A DNA stretch of 50,509 nucleotides from an uncultured archaeon. Its GTDB lineage: Archaea > Asgardarchaeota > Lokiarchaeia > Sigyniarchaeales > SOKP01. The stretch is from assembly GCA_964525635.1 (NCBI GenBank), contig CAZGJX010000015.1:1-50509 (forward strand). Reading direction: 5' to 3'. Under the pieces are notes generated by a model. It did not search any database. It worked only from the letters and a program-made list of their open reading frames with translations, and had not been told where the DNA came from. Of the stretch, positions 1 through 10,285 are shown piece after piece. The number at the start of each line of letters is the position of its first letter. Position 1 is the stretch's first letter. The translations under genes and the position numbers were made by a program.

Positions 1-372
1 TTTAGTTAGAGTCAATTACATCTCATTATATAAAATAACTTTGAAAGTCAAGTAATACAAAAAAAAAAGCATAAATTTTCAACTAGTTGGTTTTAAGATT
101 TTTTTTCTAATTTACCTATAACATTAAATAATGATATAAAACACAAGTTAATGTTTTTCACTCAAATTTTTAATATTCAGGAAAGAATAATTAATGAATA
201 TCTCGAGAACATTAAAAAAAAAACTATAGAATTAAATATCTAACTATTAATAATAAAAAAATCTGCAATGTAAAAATAGTTAGAAGATAGTACCTCAAAA
301 GTTTTTATATAACTTTACTTATTTTGCATAATCAATCTATAAAAATCAAAAATATATACATATGAGAAAAAA

Positions 373-2232
373 GTGATTCATTTTATGAAAAAGAAAATGG
401 TAATTTTTAAAGCTATATTACTTAGCATTATTATATTTTCATCCTTTACAAGATTAATCTTGTTTGATATCGAGAGTTCAAATAAAGATTATTCCCTCCC
501 TCACACTGCTGACACACATCTTCTATGGAACTCTATGTTAGCATATGAACCAAATCAAGTGGCTGTTTCTGATAATGGAGATTACATTATATGCTGCATG
601 GAATGGTTTAATGGGATGGTCTCTTTATTTCATAGGGCAAATTCTACAGCATTATGGAATTATACTATGACTAACACAAGCCCAAGATCAGTCGATATTT
701 CTGCTGATGGTAAATATATTTTCGTAGGGTGCAATAATGGTACTGTATACCTTTTTAATAATACAAAATCAGAATTAAAAACCTTCGAATGGAGTTACTC
801 AATAGGAGAGCCAGTGGTTGATGTTGCTATTTCTGCTGATGGCAATTATGCTGTTGCAGGAACAGCAGGTAATGACATAATCTGTCTTTTTAATGTTACT
901 TGCCCCTCCGATCCTTTTATTTGGAGTAATCCAGATCCATCAGATAATGTATACACAGTTTCTATTTCTGCTGATGGAAGTTATATAGCTGCTGGAAGTG
1001 GTTCTAGCGTCTATTTATATGAAAGATCAAGTTCAACTCCACAATGGTCTGATTCAACAAATGCATTTAAAAATTGTGTAGAAATATCCGCTGATGGAAA
1101 TTATATTGCTGTTGGATGTACGGCGGGATATATATATTTTTATAATAATACAAGCGATATTCCAATGTGGGAGGATAATAGTCTATCAGGAGATATTTAT
1201 TCTTTAGATATTACTGATGATGGGAGTTATTTTGTTGTTGGGGGAATGAATGGTATATGCTGTCTATATAACCAGACGGGTCCTACACCGGAACATGAAT
1301 ATTTCATTTTTGGTTCTAATTATGTATATGGTGTATCTATCTCTAAAGATGGGAATTATGTTGCTGCTGGTTATCAATATATCCCCGATAGTGGATTAAA
1401 TTCTGTCTTCTTTTATAATAGAACGTCTTTCTTGCCAAATTGGAGTTATAAAACAGATAGTTCAATTTACTGTGTTGCTTTATCGGCAAATGGAAGTTAT
1501 TTAGCTGCAGGTGGAACATTTACTGAAACAAGTTTATATTATTTCACAACTTTATCTATGGTTCCTGATCCAATAAGTGAATACAATCTCACTTCAGGAT
1601 ATGCTGAAGTTGGAACTACTTTTATATATGAAATTATAGAATGGAATGAAACATTAGCAAATAGTCTTGGTGTAGACCTTTCTGCATATTTTCCTAATGC
1701 AGGTTTAGGTAAAAAACGATGTTATGAAATAACAAATGTTTTAAGTACATCAACATATTGGACAATAGTTTATAGAGCTTGGGATTGGACAATAAATGAG
1801 GATAATTTCCATAAAACCACTCCTTTCAATGGAATGAATTTTAATATTTATTTAGATCCAGCTGATTATGGTTCCAATATAATAAATATCCATGATGATT
1901 TGAGTATTATTCTAAAACCTGTAAATAATTATTTAGAAAATATTGATTGGGATGCTGATATTACTATATCGGGTAATAATTTTACATGGACACAAAGTGT
2001 ATATGCAAATATTATTGAAATGGTTGTTACTTATGATGAAGAGGGATTTCAAAGGAGTATAAGTTTACTTTTTAATCAGGAATATTTAATATCAATTGAA
2101 TATATAGGTCAAAGAGGATCGCCATCTAATGAATCTAAAATTCCTGGATATGATTTGTATATCTTAATCATAACAATAGGTTTAGCATCATGTTTAACAG
2201 CAATGAATTATAGAAAAAGAATAAAATTATAG
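373..2232 (+). CDS. Secreted WD40/beta-propeller surface protein with C-terminal Loki-CTERM-like anchor
   Basis: N-terminal hydrophobic signal; repeated 'V(D/A)ISADG(N/S)Y(I/V)(A/V)G' blades; C-terminal 'IPGYDLYILIITIGLASCLTAMNYRKRIKL' (IPGY + TM + basic tail). Start may be ATG 385. Confidence 0.8.
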   Translation: MIHFMKKKMVIFKAILLSIIIFSSFTRLILFDIESSNKDYSLPHTADTHLLWNSMLAYEPNQVAVSDNGDYIICCMEWFNGMVSLFHRANSTALWNYTMTNTSPRSVDISADGKYIFVGCNNGTVYLFNNTKSELKTFEWSYSIGEPVVDVAISADGNYAVAGTAGNDIICLFNVTCPSDPFIWSNPDPSDNVYTVSISADGSYIAAGSGSSVYLYERSSSTPQWSDSTNAFKNCVEISADGNYIAVGCTAGYIYFYNNTSDIPMWEDNSLSGDIYSLDITDDGSYFVVGGMNGICCLYNQTGPTPEHEYFIFGSNYVYGVSISKDGNYVAAGYQYIPDSGLNSVFFYNRTSFLPNWSYKTDSSIYCVALSANGSYLAAGGTFTETSLYYFTTLSMVPDPISEYNLTSGYAEVGTTFIYEIIEWNETLANSLGVDLSAYFPNAGLGKKRCYEITNVLSTSTYWTIVYRAWDWTINEDNFHKTTPFNGMNFNIYLDPADYGSNIINIHDDLSIILKPVNNYLENIDWDADITISGNNFTWTQSVYANIIEMVVTYDEEGFQRSISLLFNQEYLISIEYIGQRGSPSNESKIPGYDLYILIITIGLASCLTAMNYRKRIKL

Positions 2233-2325
2233 AAAATAATATTTAAATCCTCTTTTTTTTTAATTTTCATAACTTTTAAAGATTTATTGTAAAATAATAT
2301 TTGAATCAAGTAGATGATTTAGAAA

Positions 2326-2716
2326 TTGAAGAGTATTATTTTTTGGTTAAATATTATATTAAATTTGTTAGTAATAGGAGAGGCTCTAGCTTTATTAATT
2401 GGTATGAATTTTTCGGGACTAGAAGGTGAAAAATGGTTATTTAAAAAGAATATTCTTATTATTTTCCTTGATATCATATTTGGATTAATTATATTTATCT
2501 TTATTTTATCAAATAAAAAATATAATTATAGTGCTTTAATATCATTTTTACTCTTTCTAATTATTGTTACACATTTATATCGAGATTTTTGAATTATTAT
2601 TTAAAATCATAGATAAATTTTGTTTTAATACACCCCTAATTATATTCAATAATATCAAACTTATTTTGTCAATTAGTTGTTTTAGTTTAGGTTTCTTAAT
2701 TCAAAATAATATTTAA
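2326..2716 (+). pseudogene. Small multi-TM membrane protein with +1 frameshift in a T5 run (pseudogene or sequencing indel)
   Basis: ORF 2326-2592 ends 'HLYRDF*'. Removing one T at 2586-2590 continues 'ELLFKIIDKFCFNTPLIIFNNIKLILSISCFSLGFLIQNNI*' to 2716, adding another hydrophobic helix. Confidence 0.55.
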
Positions 2717-2829
2717 CCTCTAAAACATTATAGAATTAGGAAAAGATTAAACTTTTAAGAAATTAAGGATTTCTTAAAATAATTATATATTTGTTTAAAA
2801 TAATTATAATAGATGGTAGGTATATAAAT

Positions 2830-3462
2830 ATGGCTCATGCTAGACCTTGGCATTGTTATAAAAAGTGGACAAGAAGACCTTATCAACATAAACGTTCTGA
2901 AAATCATAGAAGAGAATATGCTCGCGGAGGTACACAAGCAAAAATTCAGAGATACTGGGGGGGTAATAAAATGATAGCTTGGGAAGATTGGGAAATAATG
3001 GTTGGTCTTAAAGTACAGGAACAAATTCAAATATCTGGGAATGCATTAGAAGCAATAAGAATAGCAGTTAATGGTGCGCTTGATAAAAAATTAGGTAGAC
3101 AACAGTATAGATTCCGTGTTAGACCAAAACCTTTTCAAAAATTTAGAGAGAATAGGATGTTGGCATTTGCAGGAGCAGATAGAGTTCAATCTGGAATGAG
3201 GAATTCTTTTGGTCGTTCTACAGGTGTATGTGCTCGAGTGAAAGCAGGACAAATTATTTTAGATGTCGGAGTGAATCTTAAAAATTTACCTTTAGTAAAA
3301 GATCGTTTAAGAGTAGCTTCAATGAAAATACCATGTAAGTGTCAAGTAGTTTTGTTAAAATATAAATCTCCTGAATTTTTAAAGAGATCTGGGCTTCCTC
3401 TTTATGATGATAATAACCGAAGAGAAATCTCATTGTACAACATAAAGTCCAATGAAGCTTAA
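2830..3462 (+). CDS. rpl10e: 50S ribosomal protein uL16 (L10e)
   Basis: 'ARPWHCY...RPY', 'ALEAIRIAVN', 'RENRMLAFAGADRVQSGMRNSFG' are L10e signatures; ATG 2830 preferred over TTG 2791. Confidence 0.95.
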   Translation: MAHARPWHCYKKWTRRPYQHKRSENHRREYARGGTQAKIQRYWGGNKMIAWEDWEIMVGLKVQEQIQISGNALEAIRIAVNGALDKKLGRQQYRFRVRPKPFQKFRENRMLAFAGADRVQSGMRNSFGRSTGVCARVKAGQIILDVGVNLKNLPLVKDRLRVASMKIPCKCQVVLLKYKSPEFLKRSGLPLYDDNNRREISLYNIKSNEA

Positions 3463-3544
3463 ATATAGTTATATTTTTAATATTTCTTTCTCAATTAATT
3501 AATCGTATATTATCAATAGGGATTAATTGAAATGAACTTTCTAT

Positions 3545-4300
3545 TCAGATTAATAATTGTTTTAATAGAACAAATTCAGCTTTTTGGGAAATAGATCGGA
3601 TAATAAAATCTCTGAATCTCTTAATAAATGTTTTTCCAGTATTCACCCAATGATCTGGTCTAAAAATTGCTTTTTTAAATAAATCAATTATTTTTTTGTT
3701 ATTATTGAATATGAAATTTCTCATATTTACTGCTTCCCATGGGTGGAAATATAATATAAGTGACTCATTCTTGAATGATTGACTCTTTAATAGGAGATTT
3801 CCCATCGGAAATCTAAAAAAAATATTATAGTTTGATGGATGGAATTCCTTAATTGGATAAGGATTATTTTGATAATATTCTAAATTATTATGTGATTGAA
3901 TTGAAGAATCATATTTAAATCCTAAATTGTTTAAAATTTTAAATAAAAATTTTGGAGGTTTTAGATAAGGAGCTCTAAATCCATCAATTTCTGAATTCTT
4001 ACAAAAATTCTCTAATATTTTTTTACTCTGATAAATTTTTTCTTGGCATCCCTTGAAATCTAATTGATTTAATCGTTCATGATTGAATCCATGACATGCG
4101 ATTTCATGATTTTTTAGCTCAATCATTCTTATATATTCTGGGAATCGCTGAACTATATTTGCTGTACAAAAAAAGGTACCCTTGATATTGAATTCGTCCA
4201 TAATCTTTAATATCTTTATCAATCCGAATCTGATTCCAAAATATGTATCTAACATATTAGGGATATCTCTTTCAATATCAAAAGTTAAAGCTATTTTCAT
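3545..4300 (-). CDS. Polysaccharide deacetylase (CE4/NodB-like)
   Basis: 'LTFDIE', 'HEIACHGFNH', 'GFRAPY', 'YDSS', 'LYFHPWE' motifs. Confidence 0.88.
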   Translation of the reverse strand: MKIALTFDIERDIPNMLDTYFGIRFGLIKILKIMDEFNIKGTFFCTANIVQRFPEYIRMIELKNHEIACHGFNHERLNQLDFKGCQEKIYQSKKILENFCKNSEIDGFRAPYLKPPKFLFKILNNLGFKYDSSIQSHNNLEYYQNNPYPIKEFHPSNYNIFFRFPMGNLLLKSQSFKNESLILYFHPWEAVNMRNFIFNNNKKIIDLFKKAIFRPDHWVNTGKTFIKRFRDFIIRSISQKAEFVLLKQLLI

Positions 4301-4544
4301 ATTACTAAAGGAATCTTTAGAATATAAAATAATTTACTTCCATTTTTATTAAATTTTATTAAATAACAATTTAAAAATATATATTGAAAATAAAAGAAAT
4401 TTAGATTCTATTAACTTGTATTTAAAGAACTTTCTTATCATGGTTTCTTTTGAAAAAATAATAAAAGATTAATATTAATATCTAAATATTATTAAATAAG
4501 ATATTATTTACAAGTATAAAACCTTATTATTTAGAGGAATAATC

Positions 4545-5117
4545 ATGTTTTGTCCAATTTGTGGTGAAGAATTAAAAGATCAATATCAAAAATTTTGTCA
4601 TAATTGTGGTAGTAATATTTCAATTACACCTTCTCAAACAATGCCAGATAATGTTGAAGAAAAACCAGTAATTGATTCTAAAACAATACAAGATAATAAA
4701 AATCTTTCAACTTCTCAACCAGGTTTTGTTGGAAAGGAAGGAAATGAAATACCTTATTCAAAGAAATGTTTAGCATTTTCAATAGCATCTCTTATTATTG
4801 TTGGATTTAGCATATTTCATTTAATGTTTATAGTTCTTTTCCATTTTATTAGTAATCATCCAACAGCAGATGCAACTTTTCTAGAAAATATACGATATGA
4901 ATATTTAGATCTATTAAATATAGCTCTTAATATTACAGGATTAATTTTTGGAATTGTAGCTAAAAATAAAAATAATGATGCAAAAACATTTGAACGAGAA
5001 AATACTGCACGGAAAGTTGGAGGTATTTTAGCAATACTTACAATTGTTGGAAATTTAATAGTGTTTATAATCTCACTTATATTTCTACCTTTATTCATTT
5101 TTAGTAGGTTATCTTAA
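4545..5117 (+). CDS. Zinc-ribbon membrane protein (N-terminal CxxC..CxxC, 3 TM); paralog 1 of 3
   Basis: 'MFCPICG...FCHNCG'; hydrophobic helices; 'SKKCLAFSI', 'KVGG' shared with 23198 and 23941. Confidence 0.8.
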   Translation: MFCPICGEELKDQYQKFCHNCGSNISITPSQTMPDNVEEKPVIDSKTIQDNKNLSTSQPGFVGKEGNEIPYSKKCLAFSIASLIIVGFSIFHLMFIVLFHFISNHPTADATFLENIRYEYLDLLNIALNITGLIFGIVAKNKNNDAKTFERENTARKVGGILAILTIVGNLIVFIISLIFLPLFIFSRLS

Positions 5118-5170
5118 AATCCATAATTTTTTTTTTTTAAAATTATTTAAAACATTAATTACTTATTTTT

Positions 5171-6676
5171 TTGGTATTTATTTTGAAAAACTATGATATT
5201 GTCTTTATTCATCCTCCTAGAGTTTTAAAACCTAGTAATGCAAAAAAGCCGAAAATTAATCGATGTGAATATATTTTCATCCCAATGGGGATTTTCGCTA
5301 TTGGCGATTTACTTGAAAAGGAGGGTTTTGGAGTAAAGATAGTAAATTATCCTTTAGAACAATATTTAAATCCCAATTGGAATTTGACTGATTTTTTAAA
5401 AACAATTCATTTCAAGATATGTGGAATAGATTTACATTGGGCTCATAATGCACATGGTGCTATTGAAGTTGCTAAAATCATAAAACAATTTAATCCAAAT
5501 ATAAAAGTGATTCTTGGAGGGTTTAGTGCTTCATATTATCATAATTCTATTTTAAAATATTATAAGGAGATTGATGCTATTATACGAGGAGAAGGAGAAA
5601 TTCCCATTTTAAATTACCTAAAGCAAATTAATAAAAATCAATCCTTAGAATCAGTACCAAATTTATCCTATAGAGATTCTTCTAACCTAATAAAAGTAAA
5701 TCCTATTTCATATACAGCTAAAACTCTAGATGATTTAAACTTTACAAATATATCACTATTAAATAATGGTAAGCAATATATTGAATATAGTAGAAAGATA
5801 ATGGGAATACCTTTTAATCTCTCTATTGGAAGAGGCTGTCCATTCAATTGTCCATTTTGTGGAGGTGGTCAGAGAGCTCAAATTAATAATACAGGGAGAA
5901 ATTGTGTAATTCTAAGATCTCCAAAAAAAGTAGTTGAAGATATTAATGTAATTCTGGATGATTATAAAATTCAGAGTATATTTTTTGGTCATGGTACTTA
6001 TCCCGCTAGTTTAAAATATTGGAAAGAGTTATTTGGTTTGATTCAAAAAGAAAATCTTGACCTTGGTGGGGATCTAGAGATCTGGAGATTACCTTTTCCA
6101 AAAGAAATGTGGAGAATTTTTTATAAAACTTTTACACGTAGATATTCATCAATCAGCATCTCTCCTCGTACAATTTCTGCAAAAGTTCAACAGAAAATAG
6201 CTGAAATCTCTGATCCAACCTTTAAATTTCCTAAAAATCAAATTAATGATTTGATAAAAAATGCTAATTTATTTAGAATGACATTAAGGATATGGTTGAC
6301 AATTGGATTCCCATTTCAAACTCATTTTGATTTATTGAAAGATTTCAAATTTTCATTAAAATGTCTGTATAAATATGGTAAGTCTACCTTAAAACCAATT
6401 ACAATAATGAGTGAACCATATTATATCTTTCCTGGATCGCCCGCTCATGAGTCTCCAGGAGAATTTGGACTGAAGTTAAAATATAATTCTTTTCCTGAAG
6501 TAGTTGAAGCATTCAAACGAACTAAAATGAAGTTTTTTTACAATGTAATCAATTATGATACAAATCATTTTTCTGATAATATTATTCGTACGACAAATAA
6601 ATTACTATTTTTAAGTACAGCTCCAATGTTTTTGACGACTGGTTCTAAAAATCCGAAACTAATGGAAAAGCGATAG
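5171..6676 (+). CDS. Cobalamin-dependent (class B) radical SAM protein
   Basis: B12-binding N-domain ('IPMGIFAI', 'VILGGFSAS', 'IRGEGE') and 'GRGCPFNCPFC'. Confidence 0.88.
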   Translation: MVFILKNYDIVFIHPPRVLKPSNAKKPKINRCEYIFIPMGIFAIGDLLEKEGFGVKIVNYPLEQYLNPNWNLTDFLKTIHFKICGIDLHWAHNAHGAIEVAKIIKQFNPNIKVILGGFSASYYHNSILKYYKEIDAIIRGEGEIPILNYLKQINKNQSLESVPNLSYRDSSNLIKVNPISYTAKTLDDLNFTNISLLNNGKQYIEYSRKIMGIPFNLSIGRGCPFNCPFCGGGQRAQINNTGRNCVILRSPKKVVEDINVILDDYKIQSIFFGHGTYPASLKYWKELFGLIQKENLDLGGDLEIWRLPFPKEMWRIFYKTFTRRYSSISISPRTISAKVQQKIAEISDPTFKFPKNQINDLIKNANLFRMTLRIWLTIGFPFQTHFDLLKDFKFSLKCLYKYGKSTLKPITIMSEPYYIFPGSPAHESPGEFGLKLKYNSFPEVVEAFKRTKMKFFYNVINYDTNHFSDNIIRTTNKLLFLSTAPMFLTTGSKNPKLMEKR

Positions 6677-6872
6677 TCAGAATTAGGTATATAATGATTA
6701 GATCTTAAATATTAATATTCTATTTCATACTCTCGTAATAAAAATCATTAAATTAATAATGTTATAATTAAAGCTATAGAAAAAATCCGTAAGAACAGAG
6801 TTTCACTTGAAATAGAGAGAAATATAGTGGATAGATTAATATAGAAGAATAAAATATAACTAAATAAGTCAA

Positions 6873-8282
6873 CTATCTAACTAACAAATCTTTTATCATA
6901 TCAGGAATTCTCCTTAAAAGACTAATATTAACCAAGCGTGTAAAATGAAATTTAAAACCATGCATTTTAAGAACTCTTTCAATACCCTGCCAAGGATTCT
7001 TTGAAAATAAGGTTTCTTTATACGCTTTAGATAAGTAATATTTTAACTCTTCTGATGATAGGTGTGGATACTTAATGACAGGATCTGACCAATTAAATTT
7101 GCTCCAATCTTTAGTGAATAATAAATTATCTTTTAAAACCTGCTCCATTACTTTTGTACCCGGAAATGGAGTTAATAAGGAAAAAGTGGGAAGATCGATA
7201 TCTAAAGATTTTGCAATTTTAATAGAAGACTCCAAATCCTCCTTTTTATCTTCAATATTAGCTCCTAAAATAATGTTACCCTGAACAAAATAACCTATAG
7301 CATGTAAGATTTTTAATGCTGATTGGATCTCAGCAAATTTAATTTGCTTATTTAATTTTTCTAATGTTCTATTAGAGAAACTTTCAAATCCCAAAAATAG
7401 ATGAATAAATCCTGCATCAGCCATTTTTTTAAATACTTCGGGATATTTTACAATCATATCAACACGAGCTTGTGTCATAAAATATTTATTAATTCTGTTT
7501 TTTATGATAGCATCACAAAATTCCATTACAAATTTCTTATTTACCATGAAATTATCATCAACTATAAAAATAAGACTAGCTCGATTTTTAATTTCTTTAG
7601 ACTTTAACTCTTTAATTATACTCTTGATTGTACGCTGTCGATATTTTTTTCTAAAGAAATGATGGATACAACAAAAATTACAAGAATATGGACAACCCCG
7701 ACTTGTTTCAATGCAATCGACTGGAAGAGCAAAATAATTATATTTTTTTTTTGCTATTTTTGATCTATAATAACGAGTTGGTATTAGAGTTTTTTTAAAA
7801 TCTATTAATTCACGGTCAAGATTATGGATAATTTTACCATTCTGTTTAAATGATAAACCAAGGATACCAATAGGATTATTTTTTTTAATTAATTCTCGAA
7901 ATGTTTTTTCACCTTCCCCTCTCACAATAAAATCGATTGAATGATATTCTAGTGTTTCATCAGGAACTAAAGTTGGATGCCATCCTCCAACAACAGTTTT
8001 AATATTATAACTTTTGACAATATCAGCGATTTTATAAACATTATATATCTGGGAACTAAATTTGCAACTAATTCCTACATAGTCAGGTTTAAAATCTTCG
8101 ATTATTTTTTTAAATTCTTTAGAGTTCCGTGCTTCTATCCGTTTATCGATTATTTTCACTACTGCTATATCATTTATATATGCGGCAATAGATTCTAATC
8201 CTAATGGAGGAGCAAGAATACTATATTGAGGTACAAATTTATTTACATTAGGACAGTCTGGCTCTACGAGTAAGACACGCAA
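6873..8282 (-). CDS. Cobalamin-dependent (class B) radical SAM protein, BchE/HpnP-like
   Basis: 'APPLGLESIAA', 'VVGGWHPT', 'RGEGE', 'ETSRGCPYSCNFC', 'VDDNF', 'LTPFPGT'. Confidence 0.9.
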   Translation of the reverse strand: MRVLLVEPDCPNVNKFVPQYSILAPPLGLESIAAYINDIAVVKIIDKRIEARNSKEFKKIIEDFKPDYVGISCKFSSQIYNVYKIADIVKSYNIKTVVGGWHPTLVPDETLEYHSIDFIVRGEGEKTFRELIKKNNPIGILGLSFKQNGKIIHNLDRELIDFKKTLIPTRYYRSKIAKKKYNYFALPVDCIETSRGCPYSCNFCCIHHFFRKKYRQRTIKSIIKELKSKEIKNRASLIFIVDDNFMVNKKFVMEFCDAIIKNRINKYFMTQARVDMIVKYPEVFKKMADAGFIHLFLGFESFSNRTLEKLNKQIKFAEIQSALKILHAIGYFVQGNIILGANIEDKKEDLESSIKIAKSLDIDLPTFSLLTPFPGTKVMEQVLKDNLLFTKDWSKFNWSDPVIKYPHLSSEELKYYLSKAYKETLFSKNPWQGIERVLKMHGFKFHFTRLVNISLLRRIPDMIKDLLVR

Positions 8283-8660
8283 ATTAAATTCATCTATTTT
8301 TATAAAATTATATTTTAAAAAAAAAAATTTAAGATAATATTCTTTTAAATATAATGAATTATCTTTTTTTTTTTTATTCTTTTTATGTATTGATTAATTT
8401 AATGTAAAAATTTTTTGGTTATTCATACAGATTTAAAAATTTTTAAACTTTATTTAATTTTATAATATTAGAAGTTATTGTAGTAAAGATAATTATACAA
8501 AGATTAGAAAAAATAATAGAAATGTAAGTAGAATTAAAAATGAACTTAGATTCAGAAAAATTCAAAAAATTCAAACATTCTTGGAAAATATAAGGTCTTT
8601 CTTAATTTTTGATCAGAATAATTAATATTAAAGAAAAAAAAAACCTATAAAAAAGGAAAA

Positions 8661-8666
8661 AGGTGA
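8661..8666 (+). promoter_or_regulatory. Shine-Dalgarno-like AGGTGA before ATT start
   Basis: aggtga-attaa-ATT; the same AAGGTGA motif precedes ATG 11128. Confidence 0.55.
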
Positions 8667-8671
8667 ATTAA

Positions 8672-10078
8672 ATTAATTTTCTTGTAGCAACAAATTGGGA
8701 TTTTAATCTCATAGAAGAGTTAGAAAAATATCCAGTAAATAATTTATATGGTGTCGCAGACTACTCTATTGTGGGTGGGGGGCGTCCTTCTTTTCTATTG
8801 CCAAAAATAACAGAAGAGAAAATACAAGAATATATAAGAGAAGTACATAAGAAAAAAATGAAATTTTCTTATTTATTAAATGCTCCTTGTATGAATAATA
8901 TGGAATATGACTCTCATTATCATAGAGTACTTATTGATTATATTCAATGGATTAGTGATATAAGGGCAGATGGTGTAATTGTAACCATTCCCTTTCTAAT
9001 ACAACTTATAAAAGAACAATTTCCTAATTTAAAAATCCGGGTATCTACAATAGCTCATGTTAACAGTGTAAATAGAGCAAAATTTTATGAAATGTTAGGA
9101 GCAGATGAGATAACTCCAGATGTAATGATTAATCGTGATTTTAAAACATTGGAAAGAATGCAAAAAACTGTTAAGTGCAAGATTGTTCTACTTCTCACTG
9201 ACGGATGTTTATATCAATGTCCTTTTAGATATTATCATTATAATATATTAGGACATGCATCCCAAGCACATCAACAATTTGAACGTAATTATATAGACAC
9301 TTGTATTTTAAATTGTAGTATTATTAAATTCTCTGATCCAGCAGAAGTACTTAAGGCACGATGGGTACGACCTGAGGATTTGGTTCACTATGAATCGATT
9401 GGAATAAATGACTTTAAAATAGCTGGACGTCGAATGTCAACTCCATGGATTGTTAGAGCTGTAAAGGCATTTTCCTCCCGAAAATATGAAGGCAATCTCA
9501 TTGATATAATACAAGGTTTTTCTATGTCGCATGGTGGTTTAGAACAAAAAGACCCCAACATTAAAATAAGTGAAACTCTTGGTAAAGAAGTAAAATCTAA
9601 ATTAATCATTGACAATACAAAATTAGATGGCTTTATAGATTTCTTTAAAAAGCAGAATTGTATAGCAATGTGTAATGATTGTAATTATTGTAATGAATGG
9701 GCAAAAAAAGCTGTTTATTTAGATAAAGAAGAATCTGCATCTTATGTAAAATCAATCAAGAATTATCTTGATGATATTATAACGAGTAGAGAATTTGGGC
9801 TTAATGTAGGGGAATCTGTAAAAAAAAGTAAAATTGGATTAAAATGGAATCTTAAAATTGAAGATATTTTTAACCAGCTAATAAAATTATCGCCTCCTCA
9901 ATTTCAAGGTATTGCAAAAGTGGCGATTTCATCATTAGCCGAAGAAAAAGCAAAAAAAAGAGGATCGCAAGAAGTTAATAATCAAGATATTTTAGAAGCA
10001 TTTATTGAAGGTACTCCTGGACCTTTTCAAGCCGAAATGAGGGAGGGTCTTAAAAAACATGGGCTTATAAAAGAGTAA
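8672..10078 (+). CDS. Peptidase U32-family Fe-S protein (UbiU/TrhP-like putative hydroxylase) with C-terminal DUF2621/PCP_red-like domain
   Basis: 'GGGRP', 'YLLNAPC', 'VSTIAHVNS', 'NRDF', 'GCLYQCPF', 'WVRPEDL', 'FKIAGRR', C-terminal CxxxCxxCxxC. Frame is open upstream of GTG 8771 to ATT 8672 ('INFLVATNWD', matching 'FRLSLACNW' of paralog 20932). Confidence 0.85.
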   Translation: MNFLVATNWDFNLIEELEKYPVNNLYGVADYSIVGGGRPSFLLPKITEEKIQEYIREVHKKKMKFSYLLNAPCMNNMEYDSHYHRVLIDYIQWISDIRADGVIVTIPFLIQLIKEQFPNLKIRVSTIAHVNSVNRAKFYEMLGADEITPDVMINRDFKTLERMQKTVKCKIVLLLTDGCLYQCPFRYYHYNILGHASQAHQQFERNYIDTCILNCSIIKFSDPAEVLKARWVRPEDLVHYESIGINDFKIAGRRMSTPWIVRAVKAFSSRKYEGNLIDIIQGFSMSHGGLEQKDPNIKISETLGKEVKSKLIIDNTKLDGFIDFFKKQNCIAMCNDCNYCNEWAKKAVYLDKEESASYVKSIKNYLDDIITSREFGLNVGESVKKSKIGLKWNLKIEDIFNQLIKLSPPQFQGIAKVAISSLAEEKAKKRGSQEVNNQDILEAFIEGTPGPFQAEMREGLKKHGLIKE

Positions 10079-10285
10079 CTAAAGCTATTTTTATGAATTA
10101 TTCGATAATAATTAAAAGATATCCCATTTTTACTTCAAAAAAAAAGGAAGATTTTTTAACCTTACAATAAATTTAATAATATCTTTATAAAGTAAAAAAT
10201 ATTAATCTTAGTTGCAATTTAAAATATTTATTAATACTTTTGAGAATTTATGAATTCAGAATAATTATTATTAAGAGTATTTAAA

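Noticed and set aside
2590-2592. TGA as selenocysteine or recoded stop
   Set aside because: The continuation is in a different frame; a frameshift explains it.
8551-8580. Short ttcaaaaaa-like tandem repeats in the divergent promoter
   Set aside because: Low complexity; expected by chance at this AT content.
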